Below, piece after piece: positions 47,666 through 59,628 of a DNA stretch of 64,000 bases. Numbering within the stretch: position 1 is the first letter of the stretch; each line of letters begins with the position of its first letter. The notes under the pieces are model-generated. The model was not told where the DNA came from, did not search any database, and saw only the letters and a list, made by a program, of their open reading frames with translations. Source of the stretch: Eledone cirrhosa (Eukaryota); contig OZ024741.1 of NCBI GenBank assembly GCA_964016885.1, forward strand, positions 113,956,001 to 114,020,000. The letters are read 5' to 3'. A program made the translations under genes and the position numbers.

Positions 47666-49855
47666 CCATAATAACAATATTTATGAAAAATGTGAAACTT
47701 CTAACCAAAGTTGACAGAGATCCCTGTTGGTCCATGCTGCATTGCTACAGTGGTATGATCTGTAGGTTTGTCCCCAGACTCCAGTGCTCAGGGTGGAGAG
47801 AGGGGTTTAAGAACATTCTGAAAACATAGTTCAGAACATGTTTTTTTATAAACTATTTTCTAAACCTGAGGGTGCACCATTGAAACATAAAAGCAGCACC
47901 ATCCAGAGCCATCCAACCCCCACCCCACCTTTGTGACAAGACCTATGGTCTGGTACATTAAAACAGCATATTGTTTCAGCCTATCATTTGTAGTTTTACA
48001 GGGTTATGGAGTGGGAGCCATTTGTAAACATAAAGAGGAGTGGGGTGAGAGAGAATTTGGCAAAGATAAGAAATATATGCAAAGAAAGATACAGATAAAA
48101 AGTTATTTTGTTTTGTATTTCTGCTTGTCTGTCTGGGAGCTGACAGCAGTGCTACCAAGAATACAATCCGATCAATTGACAATGTAAGTTCACAGGAGAG
48201 TAGTGATTCTATAGAAAACTTAGAGAAAAGTTTAGTCATCAACATCATCACAATCATTATTATCAGGAAATTTGATAGACAGCTTAAATTTTTTTCATAG
48301 GTACATTTTAACAAAGTCAACATTTAGCTATGAATGTTGTTGTTGTTATAGCTTGCAACTATGTAGGTTCAGGTGGCATCATATGAAGTTGTGTCTCATA
48401 AGAGGTTTCTCAAGTGTTTTAATTATAAGGATCCCAGTTCTATCATAAAAAGACAACTCCCTAGACCATTGGAGGGGCTAACCCTTCAGCTACAGCTGGT
48501 ACACTTTTTTATTTCTTTTTTTTATATAAGTGGGTTGACGCAACAAGAAATGAAGCATCTTGCTCAAGAATTCAATGCACTGTGCAGATCCGGAATTAAA
48601 CCCACACCCTTATGATTGTAAATCCAACACCCATACCACTAAGTCACTTGTATAACACCTTGGATATGTCTCCTACTGTAGCTCTCAGTTGATCAATGTG
48701 AGTGACATCTGGTATGGAAACTATGTGAAAGCCCATTGTATCATCATCAATGTTTCCATGCTTGCATTGATTAGACAGAATGTCACGTACTAAAGTAAGA
48801 TTGGTCAGGTGACTACACCTTCCTTGCATACTCTGGTTTTATTTTGGTTTCTACAGGATGCATTTCCCAATGCCAATCACTTGACAGTGTGTACTGAAAT
48901 CATTTTATCCTGACTTTCGCACTACCATTTTATATTGTAGACTATGTGTGTTTATTGTGGAACCAGCACTACCAACTTACTGAGTGGACTGGGTGATTTT
49001 CATTATTGCAGCAACACTAACACTTTACAGAGAGGCCTGGGTGCATTTTATCATGGCATCACATTAAAATAGTATGGTGCTCAGAGTGCCTTTTTTCAAG
49101 CTGTGGAGGCAGTGATGGGAAGTAAGAGTGTATAAATGAAAGGGGTGTTAGCTGTATGATACTTGCCAGTGTGGGAGGGGAAGACATCTCATAATGGAAG
49201 AAGAAGTGCTATGTCATGTGAGTAGCCTTGAAGCAAGTGGATAGTGTCTGACATATTGTGGAATGTGCTGAACATTCCATATTGGCCTGGGTTGGATGGG
49301 GAAAGGTGAGTCAAGAATTTGAGTTTGAAAAGGTGTATGGGTTAGGTGGGAAAGGTGAATCAGAGAAAGTTTGTCCTCACTTTTCACATTGGTATGTGGG
49401 TGGGATTTAAGGCAGGGAAATCAGGAGTATACTGGCAGATGTGGACTTGAATGTTGTTCCACCATTATGCATCTTCAGATGGGTCAGAGTTCAATAGCAA
49501 TAAAAAGTAGAAACCAAGGTTAAATTAGCCTTAAATAGGAGCTCCAGAATTGTGATTAATTACAATATATAATAGCATGTTACTGACAATTAATTATAAT
49601 AAATATTTTTATATCACAATAAATAATTACATTATAGATAATCAGAAGCCAATTAAGTGGTATAGGCCAATAAAGCAAGCCCAATTAATCAGTAATTGGC
49701 TAATTTGCATCCCTAATATGTACAGATACATACACACATATATATAAATATATATATATATAAATGTAAGTATGTATGTATATACATACATACTTACATT
49801 TAAGTAAGTGCCGTACTAAGAGTGAGAAATGAAATTTCGTTTCATTCTATTACAA

Positions 49856-49895
<40 letters not shown>

Positions 49896-50149
49896 TATAA
49901 GTTGTGTAAACTACAGATTTTATGTGAAATATGAAAAAATGTAAAATTTGATACTTAATATAATATATAAAACGGTAATGAAGATGATGATGACATTTTA
50001 CTATTGCTTTCACATGAACAATACTTAGATTTCTATAACACACCTGTTTGTTTTTACGACATATTTATAAAGTTAACACCCTCATATATATATGTGTGTG
50101 TTATGTGAATACATATCATCACAATCATCATCGTTTAACACTCCATATA

Positions 50150-51470
50150 CATATATCATCATCATCATCATCATCATCCCCAATCTTCATCCACCCTCAC
50201 AGCTAGCAATGGTTGAATGGGTCAGCACAGACCAAGTTGCCACTTAATCGGTGCTATTTACCACTCGCATGACCACTTTAGTGCTGGTGCCACAATGAAA
50301 TGCACTTGGAAGAGTGCATTTCATTGTGGCACGAGCACTAAAGAGTCTGAAATAACTCTTTCACATGACTAGAAAGTCCTCTTGACCCCTTGTTTGTCAA
50401 AATTTTCACAGTTAAACACTTCTCCCATTACCAACCATATAACAGAATGTCAGCAATACTAAAGAGGTTGCCATGCCCCTCACACAACTAAAGAGTCCTC
50501 TCAACATCTCTTTGTCAAGATTACCAGATCCCCAGAATCCCCTCCCATCACCAGCCATCCTACAGACTACACTGAGTGCATCTTTTGTGATACCAGCACC
50601 AGAGGGGTTGTTGGTCCTTGATTCATCTGACGAGCCCTCTTAACCTTATGGAAGAGGAGGAGGCCTGGTCCAATGTGAGCCATGTATTTTTGGTGGGTAT
50701 GATGAAGGAAAGAAGAAGGATGGGTGTGGTGGTGTATAAAGTAGTGATGTGCAGGAGAAATGTGTTGAAAAACCATGTCATTGGTGTATAACATGATAGA
50801 ATTTAACAGGATGATATGAGAATAGCGGTGATGAGGAGTGATCTCAGATAGAGGAAAGCTATACAATGGTAATGAGATTAGTTACTAAAGCTATGATTGG
50901 TGTGATTGGAATGATCCTGAATAGAGGGTATGGATATAGTGATGATGAGAATAGTTGCTAAAGAACAATAACAGAGGGGTGGTATGAATGGATCAGGTAA
51001 CATTTACATTTTTATGCTGGTAAGCAAATCTTCTCCAGTACTGTATATTGCTATTCCTCACAGCCCATTGTCATCTCCAATGTAAAGTTGAACTTCTTAA
51101 GTCTTCACACAACCTCATCCTATGTTTTCCTGAATTTATCACTTCTATAAATCCAATCCACTGAGATTTCTCTGCACTTCTTTATACAACTGTCATTTTT
51201 CATACACATCAGTTGTTCATACCAATAGAGTTTTCTCTCTTGCACACTGCATCCAGTTCCTAAATTTTCTCTCAGTTCACTTGCTATATTGTTTATACTT
51301 GCTTCATTTCTTTCTAGACTTCACAAGTCTCTTGCAGTCAAAGCCTATATCTCGCTGTTGTGTAACATTGCTGTTCACATGCAAGTAAAATACAGTTTAC
51401 CCTTCACTCTGAGAGAGAAGCCCTTTGTTGTCAGCAGAGGTACTAGCTCACTAAGCTAGAGCCTGTTCTT
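50150..51470 (-). mobile_element. Old decayed RTE 3' portion (coding relic, purine/pyrimidine-biased spacer, 3'UTR module array, (CAT)n tail)
   Basis: 51084-51470 is degenerately similar to the young RTE C-terminus (e.g. GAGAGAGAAGCCCTTTGTTGTCAGCAGAGG vs GAGGGAGAAGCTTTTTGCAGCTAGCAGTGG). Module repeats lie at 50200-50600 and (CAT)n at 50155-50177. Confidence 0.65.
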
Positions 51471-52129
51471 ATTCTGCCCCTACCACCCAAAGGACTGAGA
51501 GGACCTTCAGTCACAACATAACAACTTCTCTAGTGCTGGTGCCACAAAAAATATAGTTAGCACACTATGCAAAACAGTTGGGAATAATAAGGGCATTCAG
51601 CTGCAGAAACCATGCCAAAAAGGGGTTGAAAGGACTCCTCAATTGCACCATTGGCACATCCTCTCTAGTGTTGGTGCCATTATAAAACACACCCAGCCCA
51701 CTCTATAAAGTGGATGATGTTAAGAAAGGAATTCAGCCATAGAAAACTTGACAAACAAGAAGGCAAGAGAACCCCTCAATCATGCCAAAGATACAACAAA
51801 CTCCCTAGTGTTGGTGTCACAATAAAATGTACCTGGCATGCTTTGCAGAGTACAGAAACTCATGTAAATGAAATGTGGGCCTCTGACTCATCTCAGACGC
51901 AAGTAGCACCAATCAAGCATTGACTTTGTCTGTGACAACCCAATCAAGGAAATTGAATTGGTGATATGAATGTAAGAGGGGAGCACACTGGGAGAGGGAA
52001 GTGGTTGCTGTGTTTTTCCATGTTGACATGGGTTGCATGAGAAAGAAGGGATGATTATGGTAGGGGACTTAATGAGGTAGAGGAAGCTAGACAAAGGGAG
52101 AGTCGAGAGCAGATTGAGATCTAAATATC

Positions 52130-52990
52130 ATTTCACTTCTCTGCTTCTTCATTACCATCCTCTCCAGGTTTGTTTCCTCCCAATCGCATGGGAAGTTGAA
52201 TCTCCTGTAGTACAGCATGTTGCCAGTCGACTTGATCTTCCTAGATCTTCCCCTTCCTCAGGTTCAATCCACTTCAAGTGCTTTGCATACCCTTATGTAG
52301 CTGTAACCTCCCACATGCATCACATGTCCATAACATTGCAATCTTTCCTCCAGCACACAGCATCTGATCCCTCTTATACCAAATTTTTCTCTTAGTTTAT
52401 CATTCATGAACATTACTATTACACTTTATCAAAGCATACTCGCTCAATTTCTTTCAAATCTTTATAAGTTCTTTGAACACAAGCCTAAATGTAACTTCTC
52501 TGCATTGCATTGCCATTCACACTCAAGTATTATAAAATCTACCTTTCATTCTGAGGGAGAACCTTTTGTACTCAGCATTTGTTGTAACTCCCTGAACTTT
52601 TTCCAGCCAGTTCTCTCTCTGGCTACTGTACTTTTAGAACACCCCCTCCACTACTGTTACCCAGGTAAGACAAGCTGTCGAATACATTTTATAGAGCCTG
52701 TTTCATGTGAGATCTTGCTGCTTACTGTTCTTGCGCATCTACTCTGTATAAAGCTTACATTCTTTGTTAGCCTGCTTGAGGTCCTGCTACATCTGTTGTG
52801 TAAATACTATGCATGGCCATTTCCCCGATTGAATTAGGGCCTTGTTTTTTTTTCTACTTACCAAGACTTTAGCTTTTAATAAATTGACACTGAGGTATTT
52901 TAGTTCCAGGTTGTTCTTTTATATCTGGAATTTCTTCTTTAATATTGCCACAGATCCGACAAGAGGGCTAAGTCATCAACATGCAGGAGT
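52130..52990 (-). pseudogene. Old decayed RTE RT fragment (YADD region to C-terminus) retaining PHD remnants
   Basis: Colinear similarity to 3560-4530: GGCCATTTCCCC (GKWP), GCTACATCTGTTGTG (HNRCS), CCCAGGTAAGACAAGCTGTC (DSLSYLG), TCATCAACATGCAGGAG (degenerate LLYADD). Multiple indels. Confidence 0.75.
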
Positions 52991-53079
52991 CATCATCACT
53001 TTCCCATAACTGGTGCAGTCAGTCATTAGAGTGCCCCTATAAATGTTTTGTCAATCAGCAGTCACTACTAATCTCTGTT

Positions 53080-53355
53080 CTCTATCATACACAAAAGGGT
53101 TGGACCAGGATTTTCTGTCTGCCTCTTCTTCACCTCCCTTCAACTGTGTCCTGGAGAATGGTTTTGAACAGGGAGTTGTGGCAAGATACATGTCTGTGCT
53201 AGGCGAGTTTTTGTCTTCTTACTGTTGTAAGGAATGATTCCTCCCTGCCAGCATATTTGTTGACTTGCTGCCTGATGATTGATTGCTTTGTACTCTGTGT
53301 ACAAGGTGAGTAGCAGCCTTCTGAAGCACTTGTACTCAAACACCTGGATACTTCT
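53080..53355 (-). pseudogene. Fragment of a different RTE family (C-terminus)
   Basis: IQVFEYKCFRRLL...; across frames TVRRQKLA..HVSCHNSLFKTILQDTVEGR.RRGRQK.SW. Related relics lie at 5630-5740 and 22520-22790 (both minus). Confidence 0.7.
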
Positions 53356-54149
53356 ATGCAAATATCATACAATCTAATTTTAAAACTTTAGCTTGTAATT
53401 GAAATTGGTTGAGATAGCTGACATTTTTCATTGTAATGTCTTTTCAAATCCCAGCTAACTATTCAATAGAAAATGGGAACTAATTCTTCCAATCTTATAC
53501 AGTGTATTACATTGAATACAACAAGTGTAGCAATGTCCAATAATCTGTAGTACTATTCATTTAGTCATGCCAAGGAACATCTATATATGAACATTTCAAC
53601 TGTTTGAAACCTATTTTGACAAATGTATTAACAGGAATAGTCTCAGTCACGATCAAGGCTGCTAAGAGAATGACAACAATTTATGCATTGAAAGAGATAT
53701 TCTTCTCAAAACTCCTTTAAAGCAAAGCTTAACAACTGCCATTAAGCTGCGTGACTTTTATTGGTTAATTTGAACTTGATGTTTACGATGTGGGGTGGCA
53801 TATAATACAATACTGCATTCTTTTATATTATCTATTATCACGGCTCATTCCCCTGACTCCATTCATAATTAGAACCTTTTGTGGCTGGATTATAAAACAA
53901 ATTTGATTTTATGTCTTTATTAACATCATTTTAGCTTTTACACCCTAATTAATATATACCTCCTCATATGTATTTAACGCTTCAAGCAAATTACCATATT
54001 TCAAAGTGGTTTCCATTCTATCGAGCTGCTAGAAATAGCAATCAAATCTACTTCAAACCATACCCTACCATCTTTTTAAAAAATGGCCTTTACAGGCTTT
54101 CTGAGAAAAATAGGAGCAGATTTGACCACAGCCAACTCCTTCCGGAGAG

Positions 54150-54270
<121 letters not shown>

Positions 54271-54719
54271 AGAAGAAGAAGATTTGACCTCAATATTGGT
54301 CTGACAATTGATATATCAGCTCAGAAAATATGATAGACAATGCTGAAATCAGTGAGATTTTAACTCAGAGCACAGAGAGTAGGACCATCATCATTATCAT
54401 TTAACATCCATTTAATATCCATTACCAATCTTGCATGGGTTAGACAGGCTGTCATATTATGAGACAAGTCAGGTTAGATGATCACGTCTTGCTCTTGCAG
54501 ATCTTTATTTGGCTTGATTTCCTATCACCAGCCACTGAATATCACAAAGACTTTTAATTGATGTGCTGACAATTTTGATAATTCTTCGCCTTCTATATTT
54601 ATATAAATATGTATATATACACAGAGAGTAACAACTGGATGCATATATCATCATCATCATCATCATCATCATCATCGTTGATGATGATGATGATGATATA
54701 TGCATGCATACATGTATGC

Positions 54720-54753
<34 letters not shown>

Positions 54754-54774
54754 GTACATATATATATATATATA

Positions 54775-56765
54775 CTAGCAGTCATTTGGCCTTCACCCCA
54801 GTCAGTACTGGGCTCAAATCTATTCATAAGGCACCTATTGGCATCTATCATAATACCCATTTTCTTTAAAATAAAAGACATTAAAAGTTATTTAAATATT
54901 GCATAGCATAATTTTAAAAATTCATTTAGAATATCTAAATACATAAATTATTAAAGAAAATAATAGAAAAATGTATTCTACAAAAATTATAAAACATTTA
55001 CAGAACTTCAGTATATACAATGTTTTAAACTTTTTTCTTTGGAGTATATATATGAAGAGTTTCCTACTCTGGAACAACCTACATACAATTGACCATGTCA
55101 GTAACAGACCTCTTCCAGATATGGAGACCGACAATCTGCAGTGTTTGACCTTGAGACTTGTTAATGATCAGTGTGTAACTGACTCTCACTGGGAATTGCA
55201 ATCATTTGAAATGAAATAAAAGAGGATATCTGTTGGTATTAGCAGTATTCCAGGTATAAATACGATATTTCTCTTACTACATACAGTGAGGATTTTGGCT
55301 TCGATAATGTGAGGTTTAGTCACAACCATACACATCCCATTGTACAATATTGGCTGATCCAGATTTCTGATAAGCATGATGACTGTGCTCTTCTTTACCA
55401 TCTTCAATTCAAGGTTGTGTGGCAGCATACCGGATGGTTCCAGACTGTTGAGAAATTCAACTGGGTAATAAACAGCTTCATCCTCATTGACAAATTTATT
55501 GATAGATTTATAGGTCTGATTACGTCCATGGAACATTTGTGAAAGGTATTTTATGGTATTCATTGTGATATTTTGGGGTGCAAAGATTGCTCTTTCACAC
55601 AGCCATTCCTCATTGCAATGGAAGATTTCGAAATTGGGGAACACTTGATTAATTAAGCTATCAATGCTATCCACAACAGTTCAAAATGATGAAGGATCAA
55701 AACATCCTTCTGTATCAAGGGATATTTTGCCTTCACCAAGTCTCAGAAGCTTTCGAGCAAACTCTGTAAAAATGTTGTCACCATGAAGTTGTGCCCACAT
55801 ATTGTTTTTAAAATGAGTTTGGTGATGCACGGCTATGAAATTGATGATTTTTAGGCAAGCTCAACCTTGATCGTCATGAGTCCTCTTTGATATCATAGGT
55901 AAAGTTTGTCAGAAGTCCCTTGATAAAATGACAGTAATTCCCCCCTATGATTGTTGTGCCATTCTGAATATCTTTCAGTGTTCTGTCTAAGGCTTTCAAT
56001 GTGTGCCTCTGCGCTACTGTACATTCATATTCCAAAATTGCCACACATCTTTGCAATACTTGAGCAGCACCCGAGTCCTTCTTTATATGACACATAGATA
56101 TTTTATTCAAACTGAGGCCAAAGTCCAATTTGAAAGCTCTAAGTAAAAATGTAGCAGCAATTACAGATGAAACAACTGTTAAAGCTTTGGTCTTGTTGAA
56201 TTTTAGACAAAAACAGGTTTATCAAGGTTTTACCAGCTCCACCTAGAGCATCGATACCATTCTGTTGCATAATTGACTCAATACTTTTGGAGGTCTGAAG
56301 TAGAGACACCTCTGTATGTGTTGCATCTCATTGATTGTTGTCTTCCAACTGACCACTCCTCCTGCATGCCTCGTGATAGGTGTTACAAACAGCACCAGTC
56401 ACTTTAAGGAGTTCATCAAAGCCTTAAGGGCCTCTAACTTCATTAAGCAGTATCCTTAAGTAGAAACATTAGCATTTTCCTGGATTTATTGTGTACATCC
56501 TACCTCTGTTGCTGCTTTACGAACTTTAGGATGGTTTTCTATTGCTCTGCCTTGTTTTTGTTAGTTCCATTTTCTTTCAATTTATCAAAGATATAGTAGA
56601 GTGGTATTTGTCCATATAATAGAGTTCATGCAAAGCTGTCAGTTCTACATAGTTAAAAAAATGTTAGCAAAGATGTCTTTCTTGTTGAAATGACTGGTTG
56701 GGCTGCATTTTGGGCTGAAAAATACACATGTTGCCCATTTTCCAAATGAATATCAAAGTATTTCA
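54775..56765 (-). mobile_element. Decayed Helitron (Rep/Hel, PIF1-like helicase portion) with intact 3' terminus
   Basis: Walker A IDALGGAGKTL (~56225-56255); WLCERAIFAP; YPVEFLNSLEPSGM.PH.L; IMLIRNL; LQFPV..INKSQGQTL; HGQLYVGCSRV; NIVYTEVL*. The 3' end has a CCCAGT-ACTG-ACTGGG hairpin and CTAG (54775-54778) followed by T of a (TA)n tract. Confidence 0.92.
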
Positions 56766-57444
56766 CTGGTGGTTAATGGCCCTGAATTGGGAATCCAAAA
56801 AGGCACTAGAATGCTTTGTTATTGCTAATAAATTGGCTGTGTTGGAAGTTGGACACCTCGTCAGACATATTCCATTGCTATAGCCTAAACATGGTAAACA
56901 TCGCTGCATCAGAACTTTCCATTCCGTTTTCAGAAAAAAGGCAATTGTGAGCATGTCGGATGTCAGACTAGTTGAAAACACACAAAAAGACATTAATTAT
57001 TACCAATTCTATTTAGTGTTATTAGCAGCCAATATACAAACAAACAATCTTCCTTTTTATAGGTATTATAGATTTATATATACATGTGGATATGCCACAA
57101 CATACACAGAGACATGTACCATATATACAGAGCCAGCACCTATGTATTACTGCCCTAAGGTTAACCTTACAATGTGCACCCACTTCTACCAGTTATACTC
57201 ACCATCTCCCAAGTAAAAGGATTTCATCTTACAGTTTGGTTAGCAGACAAACCTAGTTCTTGACACTTCTTGAAAATAACTAAGCCTGCATTTTCCCCTG
57301 CACAGTCACCTATGCCAAATCATATAACAAGTTATAACACTATCTATATAAGCCTTTTCACCACTTTGGATATTTCCATTATGCTGCAACATGGCAACAA
57401 TGTTTAATGATTTGTTTATTCTTCACAGAAAATTATATATTTAA

Positions 57445-57636
57445 CCCTTTAACATTTACATTACTGTAAAGGCTTTACCTCACATAATTATCTCACATAA
57501 TATCAAATTTATGAGATTTTGATATTATTTATGTTGAGGACAATACTTTAACATCAGTATGAGCAGCCAGTTATGGCCCAGTTTGAAAGAGGTGAGAGAA
57601 TTCTGGCCAGATAAAGCCAGTTTAAATGCTAAAGGG
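57445..57636 (+). mobile_element. MITE family A copy
   Basis: TTAA-CCCTTTAACATT...AATGCTAAAGGG-TTAA, with the shared internal GAGGTGAGAGAATTCTGGCC. Confidence 0.85.
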
Positions 57637-58184
57637 TTAATATATTTAATATGAATTTATAAATTTATATATACTTGTATTCCTTTAAGATCTGCACCCA
57701 AGATAGCTGCCTAGTTGGCCCTGCATAAATACATAGAAAGCATTTGATATCACATGCTATATTACATTTGTTATTCCTATCTAAGGAAACAGGCAGTGAA
57801 TATTACATTTCTTCTGTTATTCAATATAGAAACATTCAGTGAATGTTTTTCTTATATTCAATGTGTGGGGGTCTGTGTGCATATATATGTGTGTATATTA
57901 ATATTCATATATGTCTGTATCTATATATAAACACATGTATATACAAATGTACATGTATGCATTTATATGAATATACATGTCAGTGCCTATGTAAAAACAT
58001 GTTTATACAAATGTGCATGGATGTGGTTATATGAATATGCATACATATATATTTAATATGTACATTTATGTGAGGGGTTTTATATACATGTGTCGATAGG
58101 AATATGCATAAATGTGCATCTGTATGAAGTTGTATGTATATACATGCATGTATGTTGGTGTGCCTGTGAGTTTGTGTATGATGT

Positions 58185-58480
<296 letters not shown>

Positions 58481-59593
58481 CAAGCACACATCAGTGTTGA
58501 TATGAATATGCATAGCGTTTGTATACATGTGTGTTTAAATGAATATACATGTATGTGTGTGTGTGTTTATAAAATATACATATATGTGTGTATGTTTATA
58601 TGAATATACATGCATGAATGTATGTGAGCTTATATATATATACATGTTTGGGTGTGTGCTTATATGAATATACATTTGTATATATGAATATGTGTGTATG
58701 TATGAGTGTGTGTTTCTAGAAATAATCATGCATGCAAGTGTATGTGTGTGTGTGTGTGTACCTACTTATATGAATATACATATATGTGAAGGTGAGTGTG
58801 CATTGAATTGAATTTATCCTGAATTGAGATTACAAAAAGATTCAACAATAGAAACTTTTAACTCCTTTATAACTGTCTTTGTTTTCCAGCTATTGTATCC
58901 TATTTACGCTTTTCTTGCCTCCTGTTGACCATTTTCTTTCTCTGTCTTTCTTTTGTTTTTGTTGATTGACTGTAAGGGATCTATCATGGCTTACTAGCTT
59001 TATATGGACATTTAAATTGATTAAATAAATAAATAGTTGACAAAACTCTCTTTGGAGTGCATAACCTTTTTAATGACAACCTGCCTATGAACTGCCTCTG
59101 GTTCTATGAAACAAAACCACCCATTTTAAAGGATTCCTATTTAAATTAAAATCTTACAACATAATTCATTATAAGAGCCTTGTCTTACATTGCACATAAT
59201 GAAATAATAATTTTAATGAATCATTTGGAACTCTTTATTAATGAATTGAAATGCATTGTGTTCATGAGAAGGTTAAAATTTAATAACAACAAGCAAAGAA
59301 GATAATTATAATCAGTCCAAATTTGTGGACCAATGCAGATAACAGTGGATATGGTCAAAATTTGATTAGGTGATCTTACTAGAGTTATAACCCATGCTTG
59401 TTTTTGCATTATGTTTTATTTAAACACTCCTAAGAGAAGATTTTAAGGCAGTGAATTGGAAGAGTTGTTAGAACATCAAATAGAATGCTGAATTTCTCTA
59501 CACGCTGAATTTCAATCCTGCCAAGCTCAACATTGCCTTTCATTCATTTGCCATCAATAAAAATGTACCCATCCCAAATTGGGAGTCAATTCT

Positions 59594-59628
<35 letters not shown>

